Assembly: GCA_947625355.1 (NCBI GenBank)
Contig: CANQOA010000004.1
Location: forward strand, 15,262 to 79,261
Reading direction: 5' to 3'
DNA: 64,000 nt
Source of the DNA: an uncultured Oscillospiraceae bacterium
GTDB taxonomy: Bacteria; Bacillota; Clostridia; Oscillospirales; Oscillospiraceae
Part shown: one piece after another, positions 28,344 through 37,590 of the stretch
How the letters are laid out: every line of letters starts with the position of its first letter
Numbering within the stretch: the stretch's first letter is position 1
Translations under genes and position numbers: made by a program
The notes under the pieces: generated by a model
What the model saw: only the letters and a program-made list of their open reading frames with translations
What the model was told of the DNA's origin: nothing
Database searches by the model: none

Positions 28344-29030
28344 ATGGAAGAGGAAAAGACGAAAAAGAGCCCCAACAAGACGGTCCGGTTCTGGACCGGC
28401 CCCGTCCCCTGGGTGATCGTGGTGGTGCTGGCGGCCGCGGCGGCATATCTGATCTGGATTGACCCCGATCTGCTGGGCCGGAACGTCTCCGCGGTGCTGG
28501 GGATCCTGTTCGGGGCGTCGGCGCTGTTTCTGATGATGCTGACCAACCGGGTACGCCGGGCGGTGAAGGAAGCAGCCCAGAAAAAGGAGGCCGCCGGGGC
28601 AGAGGCGCAGGCCCCCGCCGCGCCGAAGGCGGCCGAGGCTGAGAAAGCCGACGATGATGACGAGGACGAGGAATATGAGTTCCCGTTCCTGCGGCTGATG
28701 GACCGGCGCAGCCGGCTGTATATCTGCTGCGAGACCCGCAGCTGGTACGCCATCCAGTTCCAGACCGTGGCCGCGGCCAACGCCGGCGGGGACAAGATGG
28801 TCCCCAGCTGGTATCCCGGCGATGTGGACCACGACTATGCCGCCAAGCAGGACATCTGGATCGCCAAGAGCGAGCTGACCGGCTATGAGCTGGACCCGTT
28901 CCCGGTGGCCAACCTGCCCTGGGAGAACAGCGGTACCCTCACGTTAAAGACCAGCGGGGAGAAGTATTCCTTCGTGCTGCTGGGCGATGTGGACGAGGAG
29001 GACCTGGCGGCGTTCTTCCCCGGTCTGTGA
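28344..29030 (+). CDS. Hypothetical membrane protein coupled to the CNNM pair
   Basis: GGGAGGAG SD before the ATG at 28344 (an alternative ATG at 28320 overlaps the upstream stop). It has two predicted TM helices, an Ala/Lys/acidic linker (DDDDEDEEYEF) and a roughly 110-aa C-terminal domain of a family I do not recognise. Confidence 0.5.
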   Translation: MEEEKTKKSPNKTVRFWTGPVPWVIVVVLAAAAAYLIWIDPDLLGRNVSAVLGILFGASALFLMMLTNRVRRAVKEAAQKKEAAGAEAQAPAAPKAAEAEKADDDDEDEEYEFPFLRLMDRRSRLYICCETRSWYAIQFQTVAAANAGGDKMVPSWYPGDVDHDYAAKQDIWIAKSELTGYELDPFPVANLPWENSGTLTLKTSGEKYSFVLLGDVDEEDLAAFFPGL

Positions 29031-29041
29031 GAAAAACGAGA

Positions 29042-29076
29042 AAACGCCCGGAGCTCTGCTCCGGGCGTTTGGTTTT
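29042..29076. terminator. Bidirectional terminator
   Basis: AAACGCCCGGAGC-TCT-GCTCCGGGCGTTT followed by GGTTTTT. Confidence 0.75.
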
Positions 29077-29085
29077 TACGGAAAA

Positions 29086-29274
29086 TCAGACAGCGCGCTG
29101 GACCTTGCCGCTGCGCAGACAGCGGGAGCACACGTACACGTGCTGAGGGGTCCCGTCAACGATCGCCTTCACGCGCTTCACGTTGGGTTTCCACGTGCGG
29201 TTGGAACGCCGGTGGGAGTGGCTGACCTTGATGCCGAAAGTCACGCCTTTTCCGCAAATCTCACATTTTGCCAT
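29086..29274 (-). CDS. rpmB: 50S ribosomal protein L28
   Basis: MAKCEICGKGVTFGIKVSHSHRRSNRTWKPNVKRV..., unmistakable L28. Confidence 0.95.
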   Translation of the reverse strand: MAKCEICGKGVTFGIKVSHSHRRSNRTWKPNVKRVKAIVDGTPQHVYVCSRCLRSGKVQRAV

Positions 29275-29315
29275 CGTAATCAGCTCCTTCCTACTGTCCG
29301 GCGGACAGCCTCAAT

Positions 29316-29344
29316 ATAATAACAGACCGGCCGCCAAATTGCAA
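29316..29344 (-). promoter_or_regulatory. Sigma-A-type promoter for rpmB (TTGCAA-17-TATTAT on the minus strand)
   Basis: Plus-strand ttgcaa at 29339-29344 and ataata at 29316-29321. Confidence 0.5.
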
Positions 29345-29466
29345 GTATTTTTTTCAAATCCGGTAAAATCTTGAAAAAATAAGGGTTTCCGATTGCACGG
29401 GAGCATAGTTATGTATTAAAATGTGGTTAAATTCTTTTCAACACGCTGCAAAGGAGAGGGAGCCCC

Positions 29467-30408
29467 TTGGAGAAAAAATATTATGTGCGCCTGACGGAGC
29501 TGGTGAAGGAGCACGACCTGAAGGTGGCCTACGCCGCGCCGGACTATGAGACCATGCGCATCGGCTCGGTGGACATCAACCGGCCCGGCATCCAGCTGAT
29601 GGGCTACCTGGAGCACTTTGACTCCTCCCGCATCCAGGTGGTGGGCCGGAGCGAGAACGCCATGATGGAGGAACAGGACCGGGAGCGGCGCCTGGCGGGG
29701 TTCGAGGCAGTGCTGAGCCGGCAGGTGCCGGCCATGATCGTGGCCCATGCCGAGCCGGTGCTGCCCGAGTGCCTGGAGATGGCCCAGAAATACGGCGTGA
29801 GCCTGCTCACCAGCGAGATGGACACCTCCGAGTTCTCCGCCCGGCTCATCCACTCCCTGCGCTACCACCTGGCCCCCCGAGAGACCGTCCACGGGGTGCT
29901 GATGGAGGTCTATGGCGAGGGCATGCTCATCATCGGCGACAGCGGCGTGGGCAAATCGGAGACGGCGCTGGGCCTTCTCAAGCAGGGCCACCGGCTCATC
30001 GCCGACGACGCCGTGGAGATCCTGCGCACATCCAGCTTCCATCTGGAGGGCCGGTCCCCGTCGCTGATCCGCCACTTCATGGAGCTGCGGGGCATCGGCG
30101 TCATCAACGTGCCCAGCATCTTCGGCATCGGCGCCGTCAAGCCCGCCAGCCAGATCGACCTGGTGGTGCAGATGGAGCTGTGGGACGACACCAAGCACTA
30201 CGACCGCCTGGGGCTGGATACCAAGACCACGGAGTATCTGGGCGTGAGCATCCCGCTGGTGACCATCCCGGTCCGGCCCGGCCGGAACCTGGCGGTCATC
30301 CTGGAGCTGGCCGCCCTGACCAACCGGCAGAAAAAGACCGGCTACAACGCCGCCGAGGAGCTGGTCCGCCAGGTGGACGCCAACGTGGACAGCGGCGGCA
30401 TATTCTGA
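29467..30408 (+). CDS. hprK: HPr kinase/phosphorylase
   Basis: Walker A GDSGVGKSETAL and the ELRGIGVINV signature. TTG start after GGAGAGGGAG. Confidence 0.9.
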   Translation: MEKKYYVRLTELVKEHDLKVAYAAPDYETMRIGSVDINRPGIQLMGYLEHFDSSRIQVVGRSENAMMEEQDRERRLAGFEAVLSRQVPAMIVAHAEPVLPECLEMAQKYGVSLLTSEMDTSEFSARLIHSLRYHLAPRETVHGVLMEVYGEGMLIIGDSGVGKSETALGLLKQGHRLIADDAVEILRTSSFHLEGRSPSLIRHFMELRGIGVINVPSIFGIGAVKPASQIDLVVQMELWDDTKHYDRLGLDTKTTEYLGVSIPLVTIPVRPGRNLAVILELAALTNRQKKTGYNAAEELVRQVDANVDSGGIF

Positions 30409-30438
30409 GCCGCCGGCCGCGGCGGCTGTGAGGTGTTT

Positions 30439-31350
30439 ATGGAGTTTTCTTCTCTTGTCAAAGATATCCGCGCCGCGTTCCCGGACCTGGACCTGCGGGA
30501 GAACGAGCCCATGCGGGCCCACTGCTCGTTCCGGGTGGGCGGGCCCGCGGCGGCGATGGCGCTGCCCGGATCGGCGGAGGCCCTGGAGGCGCTGTGCGCC
30601 CATCTGCGCCGGGCGGGGGTGAGGCCCCTCGTCCTCGGCAACGGCACCAACATCCTGCCCCCGGACGAGGGGCTGGACCGGTTCGTCATCGTCACCTGTC
30701 CCGGCGCGGGACGGGTGACGGTCTCCGGCCAGGAGGTGACAGCGGACTGCGGCGCCACCTTGGCGGCCACGGCGGCCGCGGCGGCGGAGGCCGGCCTGAC
30801 GGGGCTGGAATTCGCCCACGGCATCCCCGGCAGCGTGGGCGGCGGCGTGATGATGAACGCCGGGGCCTATGGCGGGGAGCTGAAGGACGCGGCGGCGGAG
30901 ACGGAGTATCTGGACGAGCAGCTGATCCGCCGGACCGCGCGGGGGCCGGAGCAGGGCTTCGCGTACCGCCGCAGCGCTTTTTCCGGGCGGGACGTGGTGC
31001 TGCTGCGCACCCGGTTCGCCCTGCGCCGGGGAGAGCGGGACGCCATTCGGGCCCGGATGGGGGAGCTGGCCGCCAAGCGCCGGGCCAGCCAGCCGCTGGA
31101 GCTGCCCTCGGCGGGCAGCACGTTCAAGCGTCCCGCAGGCGGCTACGCGGCCGCACTCATCGACGAGGCCGGCCTGAAGGGCTTCGCCATCGGCGGGGCC
31201 ATGGTGTCGGAAAAGCACGCCGGGTTCGTGGTGAACACCGGCTCGGCCACGGCGGCGGACATCCTGCGCCTGATGGAGCATATCCGGAGGACCGTCCTGG
31301 CCCGCGACCATATCGAGCTGGAGCCGGAGGTACTGATCCTGGGGAGGTAG
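30439..31350 (+). CDS. murB: UDP-N-acetylenolpyruvoylglucosamine reductase
   Basis: FRVGGPA, GNGTNIL, GSVGGGVMMNAGAYGGE and AGSTFKRP motifs. I prefer the ATG at 30439 (GAGG 5 nt upstream) over the GTG at 30433. Confidence 0.9.
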   Translation: MEFSSLVKDIRAAFPDLDLRENEPMRAHCSFRVGGPAAAMALPGSAEALEALCAHLRRAGVRPLVLGNGTNILPPDEGLDRFVIVTCPGAGRVTVSGQEVTADCGATLAATAAAAAEAGLTGLEFAHGIPGSVGGGVMMNAGAYGGELKDAAAETEYLDEQLIRRTARGPEQGFAYRRSAFSGRDVVLLRTRFALRRGERDAIRARMGELAAKRRASQPLELPSAGSTFKRPAGGYAAALIDEAGLKGFAIGGAMVSEKHAGFVVNTGSATAADILRLMEHIRRTVLARDHIELEPEVLILGR

Positions 31351-31353
31351 GGC

Positions 31354-32208
31354 ATGGAGTTTCTCATTATCACCGGCCTGTCCGGCGCGGGGCTGACCCG
31401 GGCGGCGGACGTGTGTGAGGATCTGGGCTATTACTGTGTGGACAACCTGCCGGCCAGCCTGCTGGGGCGATTCGCCTCGCTGTGCCTGGCCACCCGGGGC
31501 CGCTATGAGCGCGCGGCGCTGGTGATGGACGTCCGGGGGACGGACAGCCTGGAGGAGCTGCTGGACGCGCTGGCGGAGCTGAAGGGCCTGGACTGTCAGA
31601 TGCGGGTGCTGTATCTGGAGGCGGACGACGCCACCCTCCTGCGCCGGTATAAGGAGTCCCGCCGGCCGCATCCCATGGGGAAGGCCGGGGAGAGCATCCA
31701 GCAGGCGATCCGGCGGGAGCGGGCGTTTCTCGCCCCCCTGCGGGAGCGGGCGGATTTCGTCATCCAGACCGACGACGCCTCCCTGAATCAGCTCAAGGCT
31801 GATATCTGCCGGTGCGTCCAGGCGGAGGACCGGCGCTTCTCCGTGACCGTGATGAGCTTCGGGTACAAGAAGGGCCTGCCGCCGGAGGCGGATCTGGTGT
31901 TGGATGTGCGGTGCCTGCCCAATCCTTTCTATGAGCCGGATCTGCGCCCGCTCACCGGGCTGGACAGACCGGTGGCGGACTATGTGTTCCGCGGCGAGAA
32001 CGCGCGGATGCTGATGGACAAGGCGATGGAGCTGCTGGAGTTCCTCCTGCCGCTGTATGAATCGGACCGGCGGGAGCTGACGGTGGCCATCGGATGCACC
32101 GGCGGCCGCCATCGGAGCGTGGCCATCGCCCAGGCGCTGGTCCGGGAGCTGGAGAGCAAGGGCTATCTGGCGGCGGCGGTCCACAGAGAGCTTGAGGGCG
32201 TGAAATGA
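31354..32208 (+). CDS. rapZ: RNase adapter / nucleotide-binding protein RapZ (YvcJ)
   Basis: ITGLSGAG P-loop, FGYKKG and the C-terminal GCTGGRHRSV motif. Confidence 0.9.
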   Translation: MEFLIITGLSGAGLTRAADVCEDLGYYCVDNLPASLLGRFASLCLATRGRYERAALVMDVRGTDSLEELLDALAELKGLDCQMRVLYLEADDATLLRRYKESRRPHPMGKAGESIQQAIRRERAFLAPLRERADFVIQTDDASLNQLKADICRCVQAEDRRFSVTVMSFGYKKGLPPEADLVLDVRCLPNPFYEPDLRPLTGLDRPVADYVFRGENARMLMDKAMELLEFLLPLYESDRRELTVAIGCTGGRHRSVAIAQALVRELESKGYLAAAVHRELEGVK

Positions 32209-33107
32209 GCTTTTCCTCGGATGTGAAAACGGAGCTGTGCCGGGAGCCGGTGACGCGGCGGTGCTGCGCCCTGGCGGAGGCGTACGGCGTGCTGCTGTAC
32301 GCCAACGCCTTCTCGTCCCGGCTGATCCGGATCATGACGGAGAACGACGCCTTTTCCGCCCGGCTGCCACGGCTTTTCAAGAGGGCGTTCTCCCTGGATT
32401 TCGACGCGCTCCCCCGCGAGGACGAGCGGGGCAAGCGGTCATTCCTCATCACCGACCCGGACAAGCTGCGGGCGGTTTTTTCCGCGTTCGGCTACGACGC
32501 GGACCGGACCCTGGTCCACCATATCAACCTGGCGGTGGTGGAACAGGACTGCGACCGGATCTCGTTCCTGCGGGGGGCGTTTCTGGCCGGCGGCAGCGTC
32601 ACCGACCCGGCCCGGAGCTATCATCTGGAGCTGGCCACCGGCCATGAGAGCGTGTGCCGGGAGGTGCGGGCGCTGCTGCTGGAGATGGGCTTCGAGCCCC
32701 GGGAGGCCAGCCGTGGCCGGAACTGGATCACCTACTTCAAAAAGAGCGGCGCCATCGAGGACCTGCTCACCACCCTGGGGGCCAGCGTATCCGCCATGGG
32801 CGTCATGCAGGCCAAGGTGGAAAAGCACATGGCCAACGCCATGAACCGCATCACCAACTGCGACATGGCCAACGCCGACAAGGTGACGGACGCCTCCGCC
32901 GAGCAGCTGGCGGCCATCCGGGCCATCGAGGCGGGACCGGGCTTGGAAGCCCTGCCCCAGGTGCTGCAGGACACGGCCCTGCTGCGCATCGCCAATCCCT
33001 CCTGCAGTCTGGCGGACCTGGCCCAGCTGGCCTGGCCGCCGGTGACGAAAAGCTGCATGAACCACCGGCTCCGGAAGCTGATCGAGATCGGCAGGAGCCT
33101 GGAATGA
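32205..33107 (+). CDS. whiA: DNA-binding protein WhiA
   Basis: MSFSSDVKTEL..., LAGLIDADG-like repeats (FLRGAFLAGGSV) and a C-terminal HTH (SKSCMNHRLRKL). The ATGA overlaps rapZ. Confidence 0.9.
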   Translation: MSFSSDVKTELCREPVTRRCCALAEAYGVLLYANAFSSRLIRIMTENDAFSARLPRLFKRAFSLDFDALPREDERGKRSFLITDPDKLRAVFSAFGYDADRTLVHHINLAVVEQDCDRISFLRGAFLAGGSVTDPARSYHLELATGHESVCREVRALLLEMGFEPREASRGRNWITYFKKSGAIEDLLTTLGASVSAMGVMQAKVEKHMANAMNRITNCDMANADKVTDASAEQLAAIRAIEAGPGLEALPQVLQDTALLRIANPSCSLADLAQLAWPPVTKSCMNHRLRKLIEIGRSLE

Positions 33108-33118
33108 GGAGCTAGACC

Positions 33119-36100
33119 ATGTCCTTTGTCCATCTGCATGTCCACAGTGAATACAGCCTTCTGGACGGCGCCTGCCGCATCGGCGAGATGGCCAAGCGCG
33201 CCCGGGAGATGGGCCAGCAGGCTCTGGCGCTCACCGACCACGGCGTGATGTACGGCGTGGTGGATTTTTATCGCGCCTGCCGGGAGGCGGGGATCAAGCC
33301 CGTCATCGGCTGCGAGGTATATGTGGCGCCCAGGGATCGGACGGATAAGGAATACGGCGTGGACAACAACTACTCCCACCTGATCCTGCTGTGCAAAAAC
33401 GAGACCGGCTATCACAACCTCTGCGCGCTGGTGAGCGAGGGATTCGTCAACGGCTTCTATATCCGCCCGCGGATCGACTGGCCGCTGCTGCGCGAGCATG
33501 CCGAGGGGCTCATATGCCTGTCGGCGTGCCTGGCCGGCGACATCCCCCAAAAGCTGGTCCGGGGGGACTATGCCGCCGCCAAGGCCCGGGCGCTGGAACT
33601 GCGGGACCTGTTCGGGGCGGACAGCTTCTATCTGGAGCTGCAGGACCACGGCATCCCCGACGAGCGCCGGGCCGCCCAGGGGCTCATCCGCATCCACAAC
33701 GAGACCGGCATCCCCCTGGCGGTCACCAACGACGCCCACTATCTGCGGAAGGAGGACGCCCGCATCCAGGACGTGCTCATGTGCATCCAGACCGGCAAGA
33801 CCGTGGACGACCCGGACCGGATGAAATTCGAGAGCCAGGAGCTGTACCTCAAGAGCGAGGAGGAGATGCGCGCGCTGTTCCCCGACTTCCCCGAGGCCTA
33901 TGACAACACGGTGAAGATCGCGGACATGTGCGATTTCGACTTCGAGTTCGGCCACTACCACCTGCCCCGCTTCCAGCTGCCGGCGGGGGAGACGGACAGC
34001 TATGCCTTCCTGCGGCGGCTGTGCTATGAGGGCCTGGCCCGGCGCTATCCGGGGTACGGGAAGGAGCTCACGGACCGGCTGGACTATGAGCTGGGCATCA
34101 TCAGCCAAATGGGGTTCGTGGACTATTTCCTCATCGTCTGGGACTTCATCGCCTTTGCCAAGAGCCACGACATCCCGGTGGGGCCGGGGCGCGGCTCCGG
34201 CGCCGGGTCCATCGTCAGCTATACCCTGAACATCACCGACGTGGACCCCATCAAGTACAAGCTCTTCTTTGAGCGGTTTTTGAACCCCGAGCGGGTCACC
34301 ATGCCGGACATCGACATGGACTTCTGCGTCCGCCGCCGGGGCGAGGTCATCGACTATGTTAGCCGCAAGTACGGCGCCGACCATGTGGCCCAGATCGTTA
34401 CCTTCGGCACCATGGCCGCCCGGGCGGCCATCCGGGATGTGGGCCGGGTGCTGAACGTGGGCTACGGCGAGACGGACGCGGTGGCGAAGAACGTCCCCTG
34501 GGCCCTGGGCATGACCCTGGACGAGGCGCTGCGGCTTTCCAAGCCCCTGAAGGAGATGTATGACTCCGACGAGCGCATCCACGACCTGATCGATACCGCC
34601 AAAGCCCTGGAGGGCATGCCCCGCCACGCTTCCACCCACGCCGCCGGCGTGGTCATCACGGCCGATCCCCTCACCGACTATGTGCCCCTGGCCAGAAACG
34701 ACGAGTCCATCGTCTGCCAGTTCGATATGGTGACGCTGGAGCAGCTGGGGCTGCTCAAAATGGACTTTCTGGGGCTGCGGAACCTGACGGTGCTGAAGGA
34801 CGCGGAGACGCTGGTGCGCCGGGCGGAGCCGGCGTTCCGGATGGACGAGATCCCCGAGGACGACCCGGAGACCTTCAAAATGCTCACCGACGGCCGCACC
34901 AGCGGGGTGTTCCAGCTGGAATCCGCCGGTATGACCGGCGTGTGCGTGGGGCTCCGGCCCAAGTCCATCGAGGACATCACCGCCGTCATCGCCCTGTACC
35001 GGCCCGGCCCCATGGAGTCCATCCCCCGGTTTTTGGAGTGCGCCGCCCACCCGGAGCGGGTGACCTACAAGCACGAGCTGCTGCGGCCCATCCTGGACGT
35101 GACCTATGGCTGCATCGTCTACCAGGAGCAGGTCATCAGCATCTTCCAGCGGCTTGCGGGCTTCTCCCTGGGCCAGGCGGACATGATCCGCCGGGCCATG
35201 TCGAAGAAAAAGCACGCCGTCATCGACGCCGAGCGCCGCGCCTTCGTCTACGGCGACGAGACCAGGGGCATCCCCGGCTGCATCGCCAACGGGGTGTCGG
35301 AGGCGGTGGCCAACAGCATCTACGACGAGATCCTGGATTTCGCCTCCTATGCTTTCAACAAGGCCCACGCGGTGTGCTACGCCGTGGTGGCCTACCGGAC
35401 GGCGTGGATGAAGCGCCACTGGCCCAAGGAATACATGGCGGCGCTGCTGACCAGCGTGCTGGACAGCGCCGGGAAGGTGGCGGAGTACATCGCCGAGTGT
35501 AAGGCCATGGGCATCGACCTGCTGCCCCCGGACGTGAACGAGTCCGACGCGGATTTCACCGTGGCCGGCGGCAACATCCGCTTCGGCCTGGCCGCCGTGA
35601 AGGGCGTGGGCCGCAGCTTCGTGGAGCAGCTGATGGCCGAGCGGGACGCCGGGGGGCCGTACGCGGCCTTCGACGAGTTCTGCCGGCGGCTGTACGGCAG
35701 GGAGCTGAACCGCCGGCCGGTGGAGAGCCTGATCCGGGCGGGAGCCTTCGACTCCATGGGCTATAAGCGCAAGGCGCTGCTGCAGGTGCTGGACAAGGTC
35801 CTGGATGGGATCAACTCCGCCGGGCGGAAGAACCTGGCCGGCCAGATGGACCTCTTCTCCCTGGACGAGGAGGAGCCGGTCTCCGCCCTGGAGCTGCCGG
35901 AGGTGGAGGAATTCACCGCCGCGGAGAAGATGGCCATGGAGAAGGAGACCACCGGTCTCTATCTCACCGGCCACCCCATGGACAGCTACCGCGGGACAGT
36001 GTCCCGGCTGGGGGCGGCTCCCATGGGCGCCATCATGGAGGATTTCGCGGGGGAGGACGGGCCCCGCCGGTTCCAGGACGGCCAGCGGGTCATCCTGGCG

Positions 36101-36646
36101 GGGGTAGTGGCCTCGGTCCGGACCCGTACCACGAAAAACAACACCCTCATGAGCTATGTGGTCCTGGAGGACGACACCGGCTCCATGGAGCTCATCGCCT
36201 TCCAGCGGGCCCTGGATCAGGGGGGCAGCTATCTGACGGAGCGGGCGGCCGTGTGCTGTACCGGGCGCATCTCCGTGCGGGACGAGAAGGACCCCCAGCT
36301 GATGCTGGACGCGGCCTATCCCCTGGACGGCCTGGACGAGAGCGCCATCGCCGCCATCAAAAACGCCGCCAGGGACGGAGGCTATGCCGGACGGAGCGCG
36401 CCCGCGCCGGCCCCGGCCAGGGCGGACCGGCCGGGGACCCGGACCCTGTGGGTGCGGCTGCCGGGGCGGGACGATCCGGCCATGCGCCGCATCGAGCTGG
36501 TGCTGACCATGTTCCCCGGCGCCGAGCCGCTGGTGGTGTATTTTGAGGACACCAAGCGCCGCTTGGGCGCCAGGTGCGTCATCCATCCGGCCCTGGTGGA
36601 GGAGCTTAAGGAGCTGCTGGGACCGGAGAACGTGGTGGTGAAGTGA
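33119..36646 (+). CDS. dnaE: DNA polymerase III alpha subunit (DnaE type)
   Basis: 1175 aa. PHP domain FVHLHVHSEYSLLDG, MPDIDMDF, GLLKMDFLGL and an OB-fold C-terminus. Confidence 0.95.
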   Translation: MSFVHLHVHSEYSLLDGACRIGEMAKRAREMGQQALALTDHGVMYGVVDFYRACREAGIKPVIGCEVYVAPRDRTDKEYGVDNNYSHLILLCKNETGYHNLCALVSEGFVNGFYIRPRIDWPLLREHAEGLICLSACLAGDIPQKLVRGDYAAAKARALELRDLFGADSFYLELQDHGIPDERRAAQGLIRIHNETGIPLAVTNDAHYLRKEDARIQDVLMCIQTGKTVDDPDRMKFESQELYLKSEEEMRALFPDFPEAYDNTVKIADMCDFDFEFGHYHLPRFQLPAGETDSYAFLRRLCYEGLARRYPGYGKELTDRLDYELGIISQMGFVDYFLIVWDFIAFAKSHDIPVGPGRGSGAGSIVSYTLNITDVDPIKYKLFFERFLNPERVTMPDIDMDFCVRRRGEVIDYVSRKYGADHVAQIVTFGTMAARAAIRDVGRVLNVGYGETDAVAKNVPWALGMTLDEALRLSKPLKEMYDSDERIHDLIDTAKALEGMPRHASTHAAGVVITADPLTDYVPLARNDESIVCQFDMVTLEQLGLLKMDFLGLRNLTVLKDAETLVRRAEPAFRMDEIPEDDPETFKMLTDGRTSGVFQLESAGMTGVCVGLRPKSIEDITAVIALYRPGPMESIPRFLECAAHPERVTYKHELLRPILDVTYGCIVYQEQVISIFQRLAGFSLGQADMIRRAMSKKKHAVIDAERRAFVYGDETRGIPGCIANGVSEAVANSIYDEILDFASYAFNKAHAVCYAVVAYRTAWMKRHWPKEYMAALLTSVLDSAGKVAEYIAECKAMGIDLLPPDVNESDADFTVAGGNIRFGLAAVKGVGRSFVEQLMAERDAGGPYAAFDEFCRRLYGRELNRRPVESLIRAGAFDSMGYKRKALLQVLDKVLDGINSAGRKNLAGQMDLFSLDEEEPVSALELPEVEEFTAAEKMAMEKETTGLYLTGHPMDSYRGTVSRLGAAPMGAIMEDFAGEDGPRRFQDGQRVILAGVVASVRTRTTKNNTLMSYVVLEDDTGSMELIAFQRALDQGGSYLTERAAVCCTGRISVRDEKDPQLMLDAAYPLDGLDESAIAAIKNAARDGGYAGRSAPAPAPARADRPGTRTLWVRLPGRDDPAMRRIELVLTMFPGAEPLVVYFEDTKRRLGARCVIHPALVEELKELLGPENVVVK

Positions 36647-36661
36647 CGAGGGGGCGAGAGC

Positions 36662-37558
36662 GTGCTTCGATATGGGATAGATGGGACCGGCGGGCTGCTG
36701 CCGGCGCGGACCGGCGAGAGCGCGGCCGTGACCGTCCTGACGGCGGAGGAATACCGGCAGCAGGCCGGCGAACGGGGCGGACGGCTGCTCAGGGCCATCG
36801 GCTCCATCCGCTATTCCCGGGCGGAGGTATACGCCGGCGGGGTGCAGGGCGTGCTGCGCTTCCCGGACAAGAGCGGCAAGAAGGAGCCCCATCTGGCCCT
36901 GGGCTTTCGCCTGGACCGGGAGGGCCTGACCCTCGTCGAGAGCGTGGGCAGGCTCCATGATCTCGCGGAGCGGCTGGCGGGCCGGATGCCGGCGGAGGCG
37001 GGGGCGGACCGGGTGCTGCTCCTGCTGGCGGAGCAGGAGTCGGAGGAGGACATCCTCTACCTGCAGCACATCGAGAATCGGCTGGAGGCCCTGGAGGAGG
37101 ACATCCTGGCCAAGGGCGGCGAGAAGGCGGTGGAGACGCTGCTGGACTGCCGCAAGAAACTGTCGGAGCTGAACGCCCACTATGAGCAGCTGTCCGCGCT
37201 GGGCGGCGTGATGGGCGAGGAGGCCGGAGAGCTGGTCCGGGACCCGGCGGCCTGGCAGCGGTTCGGGAACATGATGTGGCGGCTGAAGCAGTATGCCTCC
37301 CTGCTGCGGGAGTACGCCATGCAGCTGCGGGAGGTCTGGCAGGCCCAGCAGGACGCCAGACAGAACCGGGTCATGAGCATCCTGACGGTGGTGACCACCA
37401 TCTTCCTGCCGCTGACCCTGCTCACCGGCTGGTACGGGATGAACTTCGCCAACATGCCGGAGCTGCGCTGGCGGTACGGCTACCCGGCGGCCATCGCCGC
37501 GGCGGTGGTCATCGCGGCGGCGGAGATCGTCTATTTCAAGAAGAAGAAAATGCTTTGA
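36662..37558 (+). CDS. corA: CorA-family divalent cation transporter
   Basis: C-terminal two-TM region with the YGMNF (GMN) motif. GTG start 7 nt after GGGGG. Confidence 0.8.
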   Translation: MLRYGIDGTGGLLPARTGESAAVTVLTAEEYRQQAGERGGRLLRAIGSIRYSRAEVYAGGVQGVLRFPDKSGKKEPHLALGFRLDREGLTLVESVGRLHDLAERLAGRMPAEAGADRVLLLLAEQESEEDILYLQHIENRLEALEEDILAKGGEKAVETLLDCRKKLSELNAHYEQLSALGGVMGEEAGELVRDPAAWQRFGNMMWRLKQYASLLREYAMQLREVWQAQQDARQNRVMSILTVVTTIFLPLTLLTGWYGMNFANMPELRWRYGYPAAIAAAVVIAAAEIVYFKKKKML

Positions 37559-37590
37559 CGCAAGGAGATACGGCCATACAAGACACGACT

